Assembly (NCBI RefSeq): GCF_963921235.1
Contig: NC_086097.1
Span: forward strand, 36,644,001-36,708,000
Origin: Mobula hypostoma
Taxonomy: Eukaryota
DNA: 64,000 bases
Direction: 5' to 3'
Shown: positions 1 to 13,590 of the stretch, piece by piece
How positions within the stretch are numbered: the stretch's first letter is position 1
Layout of the letters: every line of letters starts with the position of its first letter
Notes under the pieces: model-generated
Told to the model about the DNA's origin: nothing
The model's input: the letters and a program-made list of their open reading frames with translations, nothing else
Databases searched by the model: none
Made by a program: the position numbers and the translations under genes

Positions 1-200
1 ATAGGCAGCTGTTGAGGCCAGGTCATTGGGTGTATTTAAGGTGGAGATTGATTGGTTCTTGCTTGGCCACGGCATCAAAGGTTACCAGAGAGGGACGGGG
101 AGAGGGGATGAGGAGAGGAAAAACGGATCAGATGCGATTCAATGTCAGAGCAGACTCCTTCAGCCAAATGGCCTGATTCTTCTTCTATGTCTTATGGTCT
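1..200 (+). mobile_element. CR1-like LINE 3' end
   Basis: Same 3' tail (aaatggcct..ttct..tatgtcttatggtct) as the CR1 copies ending near 41050 and 46570. Confidence 0.7.
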
Positions 201-841
201 AAATGTGCTTCAATGGCAGGACCCTCCTTGCAACTAAGAGCATATAGTTGTGTTCTGTAATAGAAGATTGATCATTATAGATCATTATAGCACAGTACAG
301 GTCCAACAGCCCACAGTGTTGTACCAACCTTTTAACCAACTCCAATACCAATATATCCTTTCCCTAATGTAACTCTTAATGTTTAGTCAAGTATTTTACC
401 ATATAAAACATTTTGTATTGTTCTTTTCTCCAGTTCTTCTTTAAGCAGACATGTTTCACTTGTGGAGTAGGCAGTTAATGCCACCCAGATGCTGAAAATG
501 AATTAAAACAATCTTCTGCATATGCAATTTCTCTCTCTCCTACTTTTAGATATAGTACTCAGGTTGCTTTTTACTGAATTACTGTAGGAAATCTTTCAAA
601 ATTTAAATTCACTCATTTTAGTTAATAAATGAGCCATGATTGAATGGCCTAATTCTGCTCCTATGTCTTATGAAAATATAAAAGCAGATTTCCTAAAAAA
701 TTTGTTTCCTAAATATTCATTTTAATGTGAAAGAAGCTACCAGGAAAGGTCACAGTTCCTGGTTCCTGGTGCCATTCTTAACATCTAACCAAAAGACATG
801 TGACATCTTCAACACAAGCAGCTTAAACAGGAACTTCCTAC

Positions 842-1016
842 CAGATAAATTCCCTGCAGTGAGAGCAGTACGTGGGCTGTCGCAGGTAAGTGGCCATGAA
901 CTTATGGTTGTTGACCTGGTGAATCTTTCGCCGCATTGCACCTTGCCGTTTCCTGGAAACCATGCGTTCCTTGAATGCCCTTTCAGATGCATTGTTTTTC
1001 ACTTGTTCCTCAGGGT
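842..1016 (-). CDS. PRKCE-like: Internal coding exon of a novel PKC (epsilon/eta type): pseudosubstrate and N-terminal part of C1A zinc finger
   Basis: Minus strand ttcttag|AC...ATCTG|gtagg, 175 nt, phase 1 to phase 2. Translates (D)[58 protein letters not shown], matching the PKC epsilon/eta motif RKRQxAxRR...[22 protein letters not shown]. This frame is not in the ORF track. Confidence 0.95.
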
Positions 1017-1374
1017 CTAAGAAACAGACATTACAAAATAATGATCACTAAAGACCCCAAATCAAGAACAGCGTTTTGGTCAGCAGTGTCCCAATTGCTT
1101 GTGTCAAAGAAACAGCCTTTAATCAGATCTGCTGCATTCCCACTGCTGCTGAGTTCAAAGGTCATCCCGCACACCTTGGAAATATTTGCCTCAAAATTGC
1201 TCAAACCTGCTACCTCTTCCACCAAAAAGGACAGCTTTTCTTTTGAGTATCTCACCATGCTACCTTGGAATTTGATTGCACCTCCTTCATCTTTGTTGGA
1301 TCTAAATCCAGCAAACCGTTCACTAAAACACAGTGGGAGAAATTCTATCAAAGGTGAAGCAATTCAAGAAAAGA

Positions 1375-1545
1375 ATGTGGTGGATGTGGGTTTGATTTCA
1401 ACATTTAAGAGAAATTTGGATAAGTACATGGATAGGAGGGTTATGGAGGGCTATGGTCCAGGTGCGGCTTGATGGAACTAGGCAGAATGGCATGGACTCG
1501 ATGGGCCGAAGGGCCTGTTTCTGTGTTGTAGTGCTCTATAACTAC
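1375..1545 (+). mobile_element. CR1-like LINE 3' fragment
   Basis: Encodes TFKRNLDKYMD; tail gggccgaagggcctgtttctgtg. Confidence 0.7.
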
Positions 1546-2949
1546 GACTAAGGAGGCAGCTCAACATCACCACTCAAGGACAATTAGGGATGGGCAATAA
1601 TATTGGTCTAAGATGCTACTAATGCCTACATCCCAACCAGCAAAAAAAATAGCATTAGGCATTCATTTTCAGATTTATACAAAATTATTCCTTATTCTGC
1701 TGACAGTAATAATATGGCATGGCTTAGGCATCTTAATTAATATTGAATGAGCAGTATTTTAAGCACAGGAGCACAAGCCTCAAATTTCTTATAAGGGTCT
1801 TCAAATGCCTGAGAGATGCTCAGCTTTCATGGAAAACATCTCACCAAAAAAATTAGTTTGAGAAGACAGAATATCATGTGCACAACTTTCCTAGTCCGAC
1901 CTAACTAGTCAGGAACATGAAAGAAGTTTTTGTTTATAATATTTCCTTGATTATTGCTGGTTTAAAAGGAGATTTTATACAATTGCTACAGTCTCCCAAC
2001 CCTCTTGACTGAGGCAGCAGCCTTGCCTTTGTTTTGAGCATGAAATAGGAGCATTCAAGGAAGGAGGCCATTTGGCCCTTTGAACATGATGGCACATCTC
2101 AGCATTTCTTTAATTTGGATAGCACTTAGCAGGGAATAACTATCATGGAGATGGGGGTATTCCATCATTCAAGCTGGCTGTTAAATTAATCAATTAAAAT
2201 TGAAGGAAAACTTTCAACATTATTGTGTGGTATTGCTGTCATACATGGTAACCACAAAACTCTGAAAAGCTTATTAATGGTATAAAGCTAGCTTATGACA
2301 AAACCTGAAGTCTCCAAAACAAAATTGAGAAATGCCTCTGAATAAAGGCATATGAAAAAGTCACAGCTACTGAATAAATTAAATCCCCTTACTTTTCCAA
2401 GAGAATCAAGGAGTCTGAATTGATATTTGCCCCTCACTTTCCACAATTCCAATAATTTTCTCTGACAACCAAGAATGTCATATATGATCTATTAAAATAA
2501 ATGAACTAGGATAAGAATGAAGTACATACTTTCAAAAAATACTTTATCAAGGTATGATCACAAGTTTCTAAAGGGAATATGTGCACCCTGTATAAAAACA
2601 TCTGCCTGCTCTGAATACAGAACTGTGAACCCCTTAGAAGGTTTGCCTTTTTCATACAGTATTTTATTTTTTACTCCTATTCTCTTCCCTCTCTGTTTTT
2701 GCTGTTCTTCATCAGTGAGCTGGTAACACAACTTTAAAAATAAAGGTGAACTGACACATTATCAACTGAGATCAAAACTCGCAGTAAATGTTGCAAAAGT
2801 TTTAGGTACCACACCAGGTTTCATATCAGTAACCATTTTTATAAAGTTCCACCACTTAATAAAACAGTGATAAATAAGTAAGATTTCTTCCATATCATAA
2901 CATGTAACTGTGTGTGAAGCAAACAAATTCCAACATGAATCATCCAATT

Positions 2950-3160
2950 TCTCAATATTTATTGCTTATTATTATTATTTCTTTTGCATTTGTACAGATG
3001 GTTCCCTTTTGCACATTTGTTGATTGCCTATCCTGTTGAAAATGGTCTTTCACTGATTCTATTCTATTCCTTGGATTTATTGTGCATGTCCACAAGACAA
3101 TGAATCACAGGGTTGTATATCGTGACATTTGATAAGAGATTTACTTTCAACTTTGAACAT
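2950..3160 (+). mobile_element. Rex1/Babar-type LINE 3' UTR
   Basis: Recurrent tail ...aatcacagggttgtatatcgtgacat...tttactttcaactttgaac, seen many times in the window. Confidence 0.6.
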
Positions 3161-3676
3161 TAACCAAATTCAAACCTGGGACATCAGACTATAAATGCCC
3201 ACAAACTAGGATATTCCATTTAAGATTAAAATGTTGCACAGAGAAGCAATATTACCAAGCTAATAAAATACTAAATACCACAAAATTAATTTAAAAATAC
3301 AAATATTGCATGTCAGAATGCATGAGAAAATTATCAGGATAACAAAAGCCTGACTATTTCCTCGGAAAAACAAATGCTGCAACTCAGGATCAGTCAAGCA
3401 AAAATACTCCAGGACGTCCTACTCCATTTCCCTTATATAATACCTATTACTCCAAAAGATTGCGGCCTGCAGGTTCATTTACTTCTTAGATGCCATCCTA
3501 CTGGAACTATCTGGCCATTAACAGATGCCAAGTGCATCCATTAGAAACAAGTGCTGGAGATGCCCAAAGTTTAGGCAGCATTTGTGGAGAAAGGAACAGA
3601 GTTAACATTTCAGTTTTATCCAGCAACTTGTGCTTTTTTAAATTACGTAAGAGTTCCAACAATTGTGCTATTTTGA

Positions 3677-6600
3677 GACCATGAGACATTGGAGTAAAAT
3701 AAGGTTATTCTGTTCATCAAGATGCTCCAGCATTCCATCATCGTTTATTTATTATCCCTCTCAAGCCTACCCTCTTGCATTCTCCCCACAACCTTTGACA
3801 CGCTGACTTATCAAGAATCTTTCAAGCTCCACTTTAAATATACTCAATGACTTGGCCTCCACAGCCGTCTGTGGCATTGAATCCCATAGATTCACTCCCC
3901 TCTGGCTGAAGAAATTCCTCCTCTCCTCTGTTATGTGGACTGCCCTTTCTATTGACGCTATGTCCTCTTGTCCAACACCCACCCCCTATACGAAACATCC
4001 TCCCCTCATCCACTCCATCCAGACATTTCAATATTTGATAGGCTTCAACGAGATTCCCCTTCATTCTTCTAAACTTCAGTGAGTACAGGCCCAGATATGT
4101 TAACCCTTTCATTCTTGGTTTCATTCTTGTGAACCTCCTCTGGACCCTCTCCCATCTCAGCACATCTTTTCTTAGATAAGGAGCCATACACTGCTCAAAA
4201 GCGTGGTCTAACCAATGCCTCATAAAGCCTCAGTATTACATCTTGCTTTTACATTCTAATCCTCTCGAAACTAATGCTAACTTTGCATTTGCCTTCCTTA
4301 CCACCAACCTGCAAGTTAACCTTTAGGGAATCCTGCACATGGACCCCAAAGTCCATTTGCACCTCTGGTGGTTGAATTTTATCCCTGTTTGGAAAATAGT
4401 CTATGCCTTTACTCCTTCTACAAAAATGCACAACCATACACGCAGAATCAAATCTAATATCACTGGCATATGTTGTGAAATTTGTTAACTTTGCAGCAGC
4501 AGTGCAATGCAATACTGAAAAATATAGAAAAAAACTAAATTACAGTAAATATTATATATATAGTAGTTAAGTTAAAATAAGTAGGTACAACAAGACACAT
4601 TTTAAAAAGTATTGAGGTAGTGTTCATGGGTTCAATATCCATTTAGAAATTAGATGGCAGAGTAAAAGAGGTTGTTCCTGAATCACTGAGTGTGTACCTT
4701 CAGGGTCCTGTATCTCCTTCCCGATGTAACAACGTGAAGGGGGCATGTTCTGGGTGTCCTTAATGATGGACGCTGCCTTCCTGAGGCACTGCTCCTTGAA
4801 GATATCTTGGATACTGTGGAGGCTAGTACCCATGATGGAGCTGACTAACTTTATAACTTTCTGCAACTTACTTTGATCCTATGCAGTAGCCACCCCACCA
4901 CCCCCCATACCAGACAGCGATGTAGCCATCAGAATGCTCTTCATGGTACATCTATAGAAGTTTTTGGGTGTTTTAGGTGACAAACCAAATCTCCTCTAAC
5001 TCCTAATGAGATATAGCCACTGTCTTGCCTTCTTTATAGCTGCATTAATATGTCGTGACCAGGTTAGCTCCTCGGGGATGTTGACAGCTAGGAACTTGTA
5101 ATTGCTCACCTTCTCTAATTGTGATCCCTCTATGAGGATTGGTTTGTGTCCCCTCATTTTACCCTTCCTGAAGTCCACAATCAGCTCTTTGGTCTTACTA
5201 TCATTGAATGCAAAGGTGTTGCTCTGATACCACTCCACTAGCTGGTATACTTCGCTCCTGTACGCCCTCTCATCATCATCTGAGACTCTGCCAACAATAG
5301 TTGTATCATCAGCAAACTTATAGATGGCTACGCCTAGCCACACATTCATGGGTGTAGAGAGTAAAGTACTGGGCTAAGCACACATCCCTGTGGTGTGCCA
5401 GAGTTGATTGTCAATGAGGTGGAGATGTTATTTCCAATCCGCACAGGTTGTGGTATTCCGATTAGAAAGTTGAGGATCCAGTTGCAAAGGGAGGCACAGA
5501 GGCCCAAGTTCTATAGCTTTTTGATCACATTTGTAGAGATAATGGTGTTAAATGCTGAGCTATTGTCAATAAACGGCATCCTAACATAGTATTTGTATTG
5601 TCCAGGTGAACCAAGGTCAGGTGGAGAGCCATTGAGATTGCATCTGCCGAAGACTATTGTGACGATGGGCAACTTCCAGTGGGTCCAGATCCTTACTGAG
5701 ACAGGAGTTGATTCTAGCCATGACCAATCTCTCAAAGCATTTCATCACTGTAGATGTGAGTGCTACTGGACGATAGTAATTAAGCCAGCTCACACGGCTC
5801 TGCTTGGGCACTAGTGTAATTGTTGCCCTTGTGAAGCAGGTGGGAACTTATGACCATAGCAATGAGAGATTGAAAAAAATCTTTGAATACACCCACTAGT
5901 TGGTTGGCAGTAGTTTTCAGACCATACTCTCCTTACACTATATTCCATCTACCACTTACTAGCCCATTCTTATTCATCTGTCTAAGCCCTCCTGCAGACT
6001 CCCTGCTTCCTCAACACTACCTGCCCCTCCACCTCTCTTTGTATCATCTGCATACATGGTCACAAAGCCATCAATTCCTTCACCCAAATCATTGACATGA
6101 ATTGTGAAAAGAAATGGTCCCAACACTGACCTCTGCAGAACACCACAAGTCACTGGCAGCCAAACAGAAAAGGTTCCCTTTATTCTCATTCTCTGCCTCC
6201 TGCTATTCAGCCCATCTTCCACCAATGCTAGTAACTTTCCTGTAATACCATGGGCTCTTATTTTGTTAAGCAGCCTCGTGTGCGGTACCTTGTCAACGGC
6301 CTTCTGAAAATCCAAGTAAACAATATCCACTGACTCTCCTTTGTCTATCCTGCTTGTTATTTCCTCAAAGAATTCCAACAGGTTTCCCCTTAAGGGAACC
6401 ATGCTGACTTTGACTCATTTTATCATGTAGCTCCAAGTACCCCGAAACTTCATCCTTAATAATGCACTCCAACAGCTTTCCAGCCACTGAAGTCAAGATA
6501 ACAGGCCTATAAATTCCTTTCCTCCTTAAAGAGTAGAGTGACATTTGCAATTTTCCATTCCCCCGGAACCATTCTAGAATCTAGTGACTCCTGAAAAGTC

Positions 6601-8270
6601 ATCATTAATGCCTGCACAGTCTTTTTTAGCTACTGCTTTCAGATCCTTGGTGTGTAGTCCATCTGGTTCAGATGACTTATCTGCCTTCAGACCATTCAGC
6701 TTCCCAAGCACTTTCTCCACAATAATAGCAACGACATTCACTTCTGGCCCCTGACCCTCTTGAATTTTTGGCATACTGCTAGTGACTTACACAGTGAAGA
6801 CTAGTCCGCCATTTCTTTGTCCCCCATTATTACCCATTCAGTGTCATTCTCCAGTGGTCTAATATCCACTCTTGCCTCTTATACTCGTTATATGTTTGAG
6901 AAAACTTCTTGTATCCTCCTTTACTTTATAGGCTAACACTACCTTCCTATTTCATCTTTTCTCTCTTTATTTTTTTCAGTTGCTCTGTTGCTTTTTTAAA
7001 AGCTTCCCAATCCGCTAACTTTCCACTGCTTTTTGCTATATCAAATGTTTTCTCTTTTCCTTTTATGCTGTCCTTGTCAGCCACAGTTGCCTCATCCTCC
7101 ATTATCTATCCTGCACTTTCCGAATTGCCTGCGGAAGCTCCTGCCATTGTTGTTCTGCTGTCAGCCCTGCTAGTGTCCTCTTCCCATCAACTTTGGCCAG
7201 CTCATCTCCTATGGCTCTGTAATTCCCTTTCCTCTACTCTAATACTGATACATCTGATTTTATGTTCTCCCTCCCAATCTGCAGGAGACAGCGATCCCAT
7301 TACCTTAAGCTCCCTAATCAAATCCGGTTCATTACACAACACCCAATCCAGAATTGCCTTTCCCCTAGTGGGCTCAAACACAAGCTGCTCTAAAAAGCCA
7401 CCTCTTGGGCATTCTACAAATTCTGTCTCTTGGGACCCAGCACCAACCTGATTTTCCCAATTTACCTGCACATTGAAATCCTACATGAATCCATAACACT
7501 GCCCTTATTATGTGCCTTTTTGTCTCCCATTGTAATTTGTATTCAACATCCAGGCTACTATTTAGAGGCCTGTATAAGACCTCCATCAGGGTCTTTTCAC
7601 CCTTGCAGTTTCATAACTCTACCCACAGGCACTCTGCATCTTCTGATCCAAAATCACCTCTTTCTAAGGATTTGATGTCAGGTTTTTTTAAATCAACAGA
7701 GCCACGTCACCCCCTCTACCTATCTGCCTGTCCTTTCAAAACAACGTGTATCCTTGGATGTTAAGCTCCCAACTATGATCTTCTTTCAGCTACGACTTAA
7801 GATCATCTACTTTATTCTGTGTCACCCTTTTCGATTTTGTTCCCATGTTATACTTCAGCTCATTGCACTGACTGAAATTTTGCTCTGTCATCTGCCTGTC
7901 CTTCCTGACAGTCTCATTATACACTGCCTCCACATGTATACCCACAGCTTCATTCTCAGCCCTACCCATCACCAACTGCCAGATTGGTTTAATCCCTCCC
8001 CAACAGCTCTAGCGAACCTGCCCGCGAGAATATTGGCCCCCCCTTGGGTTCAGATTTAACCCATCCTTTTTGTACAGTCATACCTTCCCAAATGACTCAG
8101 AAATATGAAACCCTGCCCCCTGCACCAATTCCTCACCAATGCATTCATCTGCCAGGTCATCCTATTCTTACCCTTACAGACAACAATCCAGAAATTCCTA
8201 CCCTGAAGTTCCTGCTTTTCAGGTTTCTACCTACCTCCCTGTATTCTCTCTTCAGAACCTCCTCCCTACC
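3677..8270 (-). mobile_element. Degraded near-full-length CR1 LINE, split by a Rex1 insertion
   Basis: RT fragments NLLEFFEEIT...VDIVYLDFQKAVDKVPH and YADDTK; endonuclease fragment FLEQLVFEPTRGKAILDWVLCNE; C-terminal ERVQRRFTRM. Many frameshifts. Confidence 0.85.
4444..5920 (-). mobile_element. 5'-truncated Rex1/Babar LINE nested in CR1
   Basis: YRPVALTSTVMKCFERLV and IYKFADDTTIVG...SKTKELIVDFRK; GATTCT-type tail; ACCATAC duplicated at 4433 and 5921. Confidence 0.85.
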
Positions 8271-9594
8271 TATTTTGCTTTTGAACTGTGTGGTGCCTAG
8301 TTAGTATTCTAACAAAGTCAGCTGTGGTAGCTTTTCACAGATAGTTCTTCGACATTGACAGTACAAGATACTTCCTGCTGCACTTGAATCTGATAGCAGC
8401 CAGGTGATTCTGATAACAGTGACCTTGAGGAGTTAAGGATCAAACAATTTGCCCAAAATGCACTGTACTTTCCCTCTTCTGATCACTTTTTCAAACTTAG
8501 TGCCTGCATAATGTTACGGGACAGTTTAAACTGGCAAAGAGTTTTTGAGCTCGGGAGGAAGTTGTTAGAATGAAGATGGTAAACACATAGCATTCATGTT
8601 TTGAATAAATACTCGGTGACAACGACACCCTAAAATGTGTCATCTCCACACAAAGGCCATTCGAGTCATAGCAGTCCATCTATGGACCAGCAATTTATTT
8701 TTAATCTTTAAAAGCAGAATATGAAATCTGTGAAATACAAAGTAGTTCAGTCAGCATCTGCTGAAAGAGAAGTTAGCATTTTTGGTCAGATAAATTCTAA
8801 AAAAAATCCTCCAAAAATCATTTCTTTTTCCTTTAAAGATGCTGACAGACTTTCTGGGTAACACAAAAATCTCTCTGAATTCATTTTTGATGCTCACCAA
8901 ATGCAAAACAACGTAAGACTGAAGGAAACCCATTTCCCCAGATAATTTTACCTTAGTTAGGGATATAAGTGATGCAGTGATACGCTAACATGCATCACAA
9001 ATTTTGAAATTAACTCTTAGCTTCCAAGGAAGAAAAATATTTCTGCAAATGCATTTGGGACCCACTGTGGGGCACCAGTGTACTTTTCCTAAACAGTAAG
9101 AGCTGCAACAGAGAAGGCCAACTGGAAGTACAAAGGAATTCCCCAGTACAGAGAAACTTTAACACATCTTTCAGTGGAGCATTGAGCATGTCCATGAGTT
9201 CTAACACTAAGTCACTGCACATCGATATTTATTGTATCTTTCTCTTTTGCTGTCACTCTTTTGTATTTGCTTTCCTTGATGCTTTTACAAACAGCATGAT
9301 TGCTAACCAAGTTTTCTGAGCAAACACTGAACTCTTTACCCTTCAGTTTGACCAACTTGCATGACTTGTGGTGAAAAACATGCACAGCGTGAGGGCTGAA
9401 ACGATGAGCACTCACTCAAGGCGCAGTCTGGCAACTGCTAAATCATTTAAACGTCAATGAGTTAGATACAAAACATAGCAATTAAAGAGATAGGCAGCAG
9501 TTTATGGAGAGAACAGCAGTGGTTTCAATATGGAAAAAAAGACTGTCACACCTAGTTTCATATTACCTTCTGATTTTGGGAAGCATTTTTGAAG

Positions 9595-9596
<2 letters not shown>

Positions 9597-9639
<43 letters not shown>

Positions 9640-9713
9640 TGTGTCTGCTGTGTGATTGTGTGTGTGTGGTGTGTGTTGTGTGTGTTTGTTTGTGTGTGTA
9701 TGTTTGTGTGTCT

Positions 9714-9762
<49 letters not shown>
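9597..9762. repeat. (TG)n microsatellite, interrupted
   Basis: Visible TG run. Confidence 0.98.
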
Positions 9763-9765
<3 letters not shown>

Positions 9766-12339
9766 ATCACAAGTGCTGATCACAATTTTGTAATGAGATT
9801 TCAAACCATTTTCAGCTTTGAATCAGTGCTCCATATCTATTTGTTCCCTAATTTTCAATCTACTGCACCTTCAGGATTTCGCCCAATATCCCCCTCTGGC
9901 AACTTGAATCCAGTTTTTCTTGTCTTTCCTCATAGTTCAATCCTTGGACACTGCAAGTAAATATTGTTGCTCTCACTAATTTAAAGACACCATTCTCATC
10001 TCTGAATCAGGTTATTGGAGGTTTAAGTTTCAGCACACGGCATCAGCATGTAATCCAAGGAAATTCTTCAGGGCAGTTATGAAATTCATCAAGTTAATTT
10101 TCTTGGGGCTGAATTTAATTATTCACTCCCTCATTCCCAGAATATGTGGATATTGCTGTTCATGTCAACATTTAATGAAAGTAAACAAAAGGCAGATGCT
10201 GGAAATCTGAGGTCAAAGCAAAGAATGCTATAATCAAGGTTCAAGTTTCAAGTTTATTAGTCATGTGCATATTGAAACATACAGTGGAATGCACTGTTTG
10301 TGTTAACAACCAACACACCTGAGGGTGTGCTGATGGCAGCCTGCAAGTTTTGCCACAGACTCCAGCGCCAACACAGCATGCCCACAATGCTCGGCAGAAC
10401 AATACAGAACAGAACAGGTTGATAGATTCATTATTGGTCAGGGCGGGGAGGGGGAGGCGAGTAGGAGATTGGGGAAAAATGGATCATGGCAGAGCAGACT
10501 CGATGGACCAATGGCCTAATTTTGCTCCTATATCTTCTGGTCTAACAGGCAACAAAAACAACAACAGTAAAAACAGGCCCCATTTCCTCCTTCACACCCA
10601 TGCACATAGGCAGGCCTTTAATCCCAGGACAGACTGCTGTGCCCAGTGAGTGCAAGAAACCTTCATTGGGCAAGGATCCTTAGTGGATCAAAAAAAATGC
10701 TGAATGTTTCAAGCCTAGGTGTAGTAATCTATAAACTGAGAGGCCAGAGTGGGAATAGCATAATGAATTAAAATGGCAGGTAATAGAAAGCTCATGTCAC
10801 ACCACAGGCACAGGATAAATGCGATGAGTATCTTCTAAAGAAATCCACCACAGGAATTCACCAGTATTTCCATGTTTGTGGTATGATTTGGATGGAAAAA
10901 ATATAAATGGACTAATTAGTAAATTTTCAGATGACACAAAAATTGACTTTTGTGTTAATTCCAGGGGACTGACAACAGCTGCAAAATGAAGATCATGGGA
11001 ATTGATTGCTTTGTTCAAGATGGATACTGTTTGGCATTTAGATGGAGCAGGAGATGCCGCTATCTGTCAGCTCAAACTGTCATGTTATACCGATCTTACT
11101 GTGAGCTGGCACAAATGGAGTTGTGAATGATGCTGATCACTGTCAGCAAACTTGTGAAAGGAGCTCAATAGAGATGCAATTGGAAATGCCTGGGCTGAAG
11201 GCATGACGATAAGTGACTTGGAAATGGGATGACTGGTCTCCCAACAGCCACCCTGTATTTGACTTCTATTGACCTTAAGTTCTTCAGGGGTCCCTTGCAC
11301 CACATTCGGTCAAAAGTTCCTATGATGTCAAGCACAGCTTCCCTTCTCTCTGCTCTTGCAGTCTGGGGCTGCAAGGTTCTGCTGACAACCAAATAATCAT
11401 TTGGTGAAGTGGTATCATTTAATGGCTCCATTGATCACGCAGTTAAAATTAAAGAACACTAACTGGCCAAGTTGCAGTTACCTGCTTATCTGAGCTAGCT
11501 GTTACCTTGCTGAATAAATGCCAGTGTCAATGTTTTACTTGGCTTGGTGAAACAGTAAGTTCTAGTGTACAGGATTTCAGTATATAGAATAAAATTGTTG
11601 TGAATTGTTGTGCATTTCATATGGAGTGGGATAGCAGCATACTAGCTTCTCTACAAGTGGGGGCCTTAGCAGAAGAGCAAGCAAAAGGTATTTCAATTGA
11701 AGACATTTAGAATCAATTGAGCCTTGTTTCTTACATTTAAAAACAGGATCAACAATGTTTGAGGGTGAACATTTTCACTGAGCCACCTTTTCTTGGTCAT
11801 TTCAGCTCACACTGTTACTCTATCCCATTTGTAAGTAAACTGAATATACAAAAACTGAGGCATCCTGTGCACCCAGTGCTGCATAATTACTGATACTAAT
11901 ATAGCCACACCACATTTACACTGCAACAGATACATGCTTTTACAAGCAAAACCACAAAAATCTTACAGAGTAAACTGAATTTGTATAGATATTTAAATAT
12001 TACAGACTCACTGCAATAACTACTTTACTTTCCTGATTATCAAGGAAATTATTTGCCGCTATCTTAGGTTTCAAGATGAGTTTTCTCTCAACAATTTAAC
12101 TTCGATTCATTCAGTGAATCACGTTCCCACTAGGAGTAGTTTATTTTTGAAATAATCTGCCCAGACTGGAGTTGCATTCCACATGGAAATGACAGTATTT
12201 GAGGAAGTGCTGCCAAGTACATGTTAATTCAAAGGGTTTTAAGTGTAAATTTTGATCAGATCATTGCTTTGAAGACCTACGGAATGGACAATGGAACAGG
12301 TGACAAAAGGCAGAGGCTACAAGGAAAATGGCAGGTCAG

Positions 12340-13590
12340 ACTGGTAAGTGGTAAAGAAAAAAACTGAAGCATTCGCAACCATGTTCAGCCAGGAGTGCCA
12401 AATGCGTGGCTCATCTCACACCTTTATCCTTAGAACTGCAACTGATATGAGCTACTCTCCGGTTAATTCAATTAATTCCACTTGATGTCAAGAAAGGAAC
12501 AAGAGCACTAGACAGAGAAAAGGTTACAGGAGAAAGTATCATCCCAGCTGTCGCACTGAAGATCTGCATTCCAGAGCTAGCTGTACATCTAGCCAAACTT
12601 TTCCACTATAGTTGCAAACTGGCCAGGGTATGTCCTAATCACACAAAACCTGGACAACTCAAATCTATTTATTTACTCACTTATAGGTTTGTATGGGTAG
12701 AACATACAAGTTCCTTACAGACAGTGGCAGGAATTGAACCTGGTTTGTTGGCATTGTAAAGCGTTATGGTAACAGCTATGCTGCCCAAACTGTTGACTTC
12801 CAACAAGAGCAAATTGCTAGAAGCTGTTGTCAACAATACTGTCAAGCAATGCAAACACAAGAAAGTCTGCAGATGCTGGAATTCCCAAGCAATGCACACA
12901 AAATGCTGCAGGAACTCAGCAGGCCAGGCAGCATTTATCGAAAAGAGTACAGTGGACATTTTGGGCATGAAGAAGAGTCTCAGCCTGAAACGTCAACTGT
13001 TTACTCTTTTCCATAGATGCTATCTGACTTGCTGAGTTCCTCTTGAGTTACTATCAAGCAGTACTTAGTCACCAGTCACCTCCTCACCAATACTCAGTTT
13101 GGCTTCCGCCAAGGCCACTTAGCCTAGGCCAAACATGGAACAAAGAGCTGCATTCTGAAGGTGAGATGAGAGTGACTGTCTTTGACATCAAAGCAGTATT
13201 TGATTACGTGCCACATCTTTGTGCACAGTTAAAAGTGAATACAATGGGTATTAAAAAGAAATCTGCTCAACCAAAGAAAGATGGCTGTGGTTCACAGAAG
13301 TCAATGATTCCACCAGAGGGATGACATTGCAAGAATTCATCAAGGCCGTGTCAAGATCCAACACCATCAATTGCTTTATTAGTGACCTTCCTCCCATTGT
13401 AAGATAAAAGGCAGGGTTGATTGTCGGTGATTGAACAATGTTAATTCCATTTGCAACCTCTCAGCAAATATAGCAGCCCATGCCTGCATGCATTGAGACC
13501 TAGACAACACTGATGCATGGACTACTAAGTGGTGAGTAACATTTGTATCACAAAAGTGCTAGGCAATTTCCATCTCCAACATGATGATCT
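12340..13590 (+). mobile_element. Old CR1/L2-type LINE RT fragment, interrupted by a SINE piece and a Penelope-type repeat
   Basis: TWNKELHSEGEMRVTVFDIKAVFDYV (RT domain-like); heavily degraded. Confidence 0.6.
12853..13043. mobile_element. Penelope-like element terminal repeat arranged as an inverted repeat
   Basis: Arms gaactcagcaggccaggcagcatttatcgaaaagagtacagt and actgtttactcttttccatagatgctatctgacttgctgagttc. Related single arms at 13813..13915 and 27075..27175. Confidence 0.65.

Noticed and set aside
727..1020. Track ORFs of 97 aa (+) and 80 aa (-)
   Set aside because: Shadow frames of the real PKC exon, which uses a different minus frame.
1031..1351. 106-aa minus ORF just upstream of the PKC exon, with an AG acceptor near 1323
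   Set aside because: No recognisable protein, stop before the true acceptor, and the candidate cassette exons (59 or 67 nt) would break the PKC frame.
9010..9415. Adjacent minus ORFs as a possible ancient transposase
   Set aside because: No convincing catalytic motif, TIR or splice signals.
9502..9960. His/Thr and Cys/Val-rich ORFs
   Set aside because: Translations of the (TG)n microsatellite.
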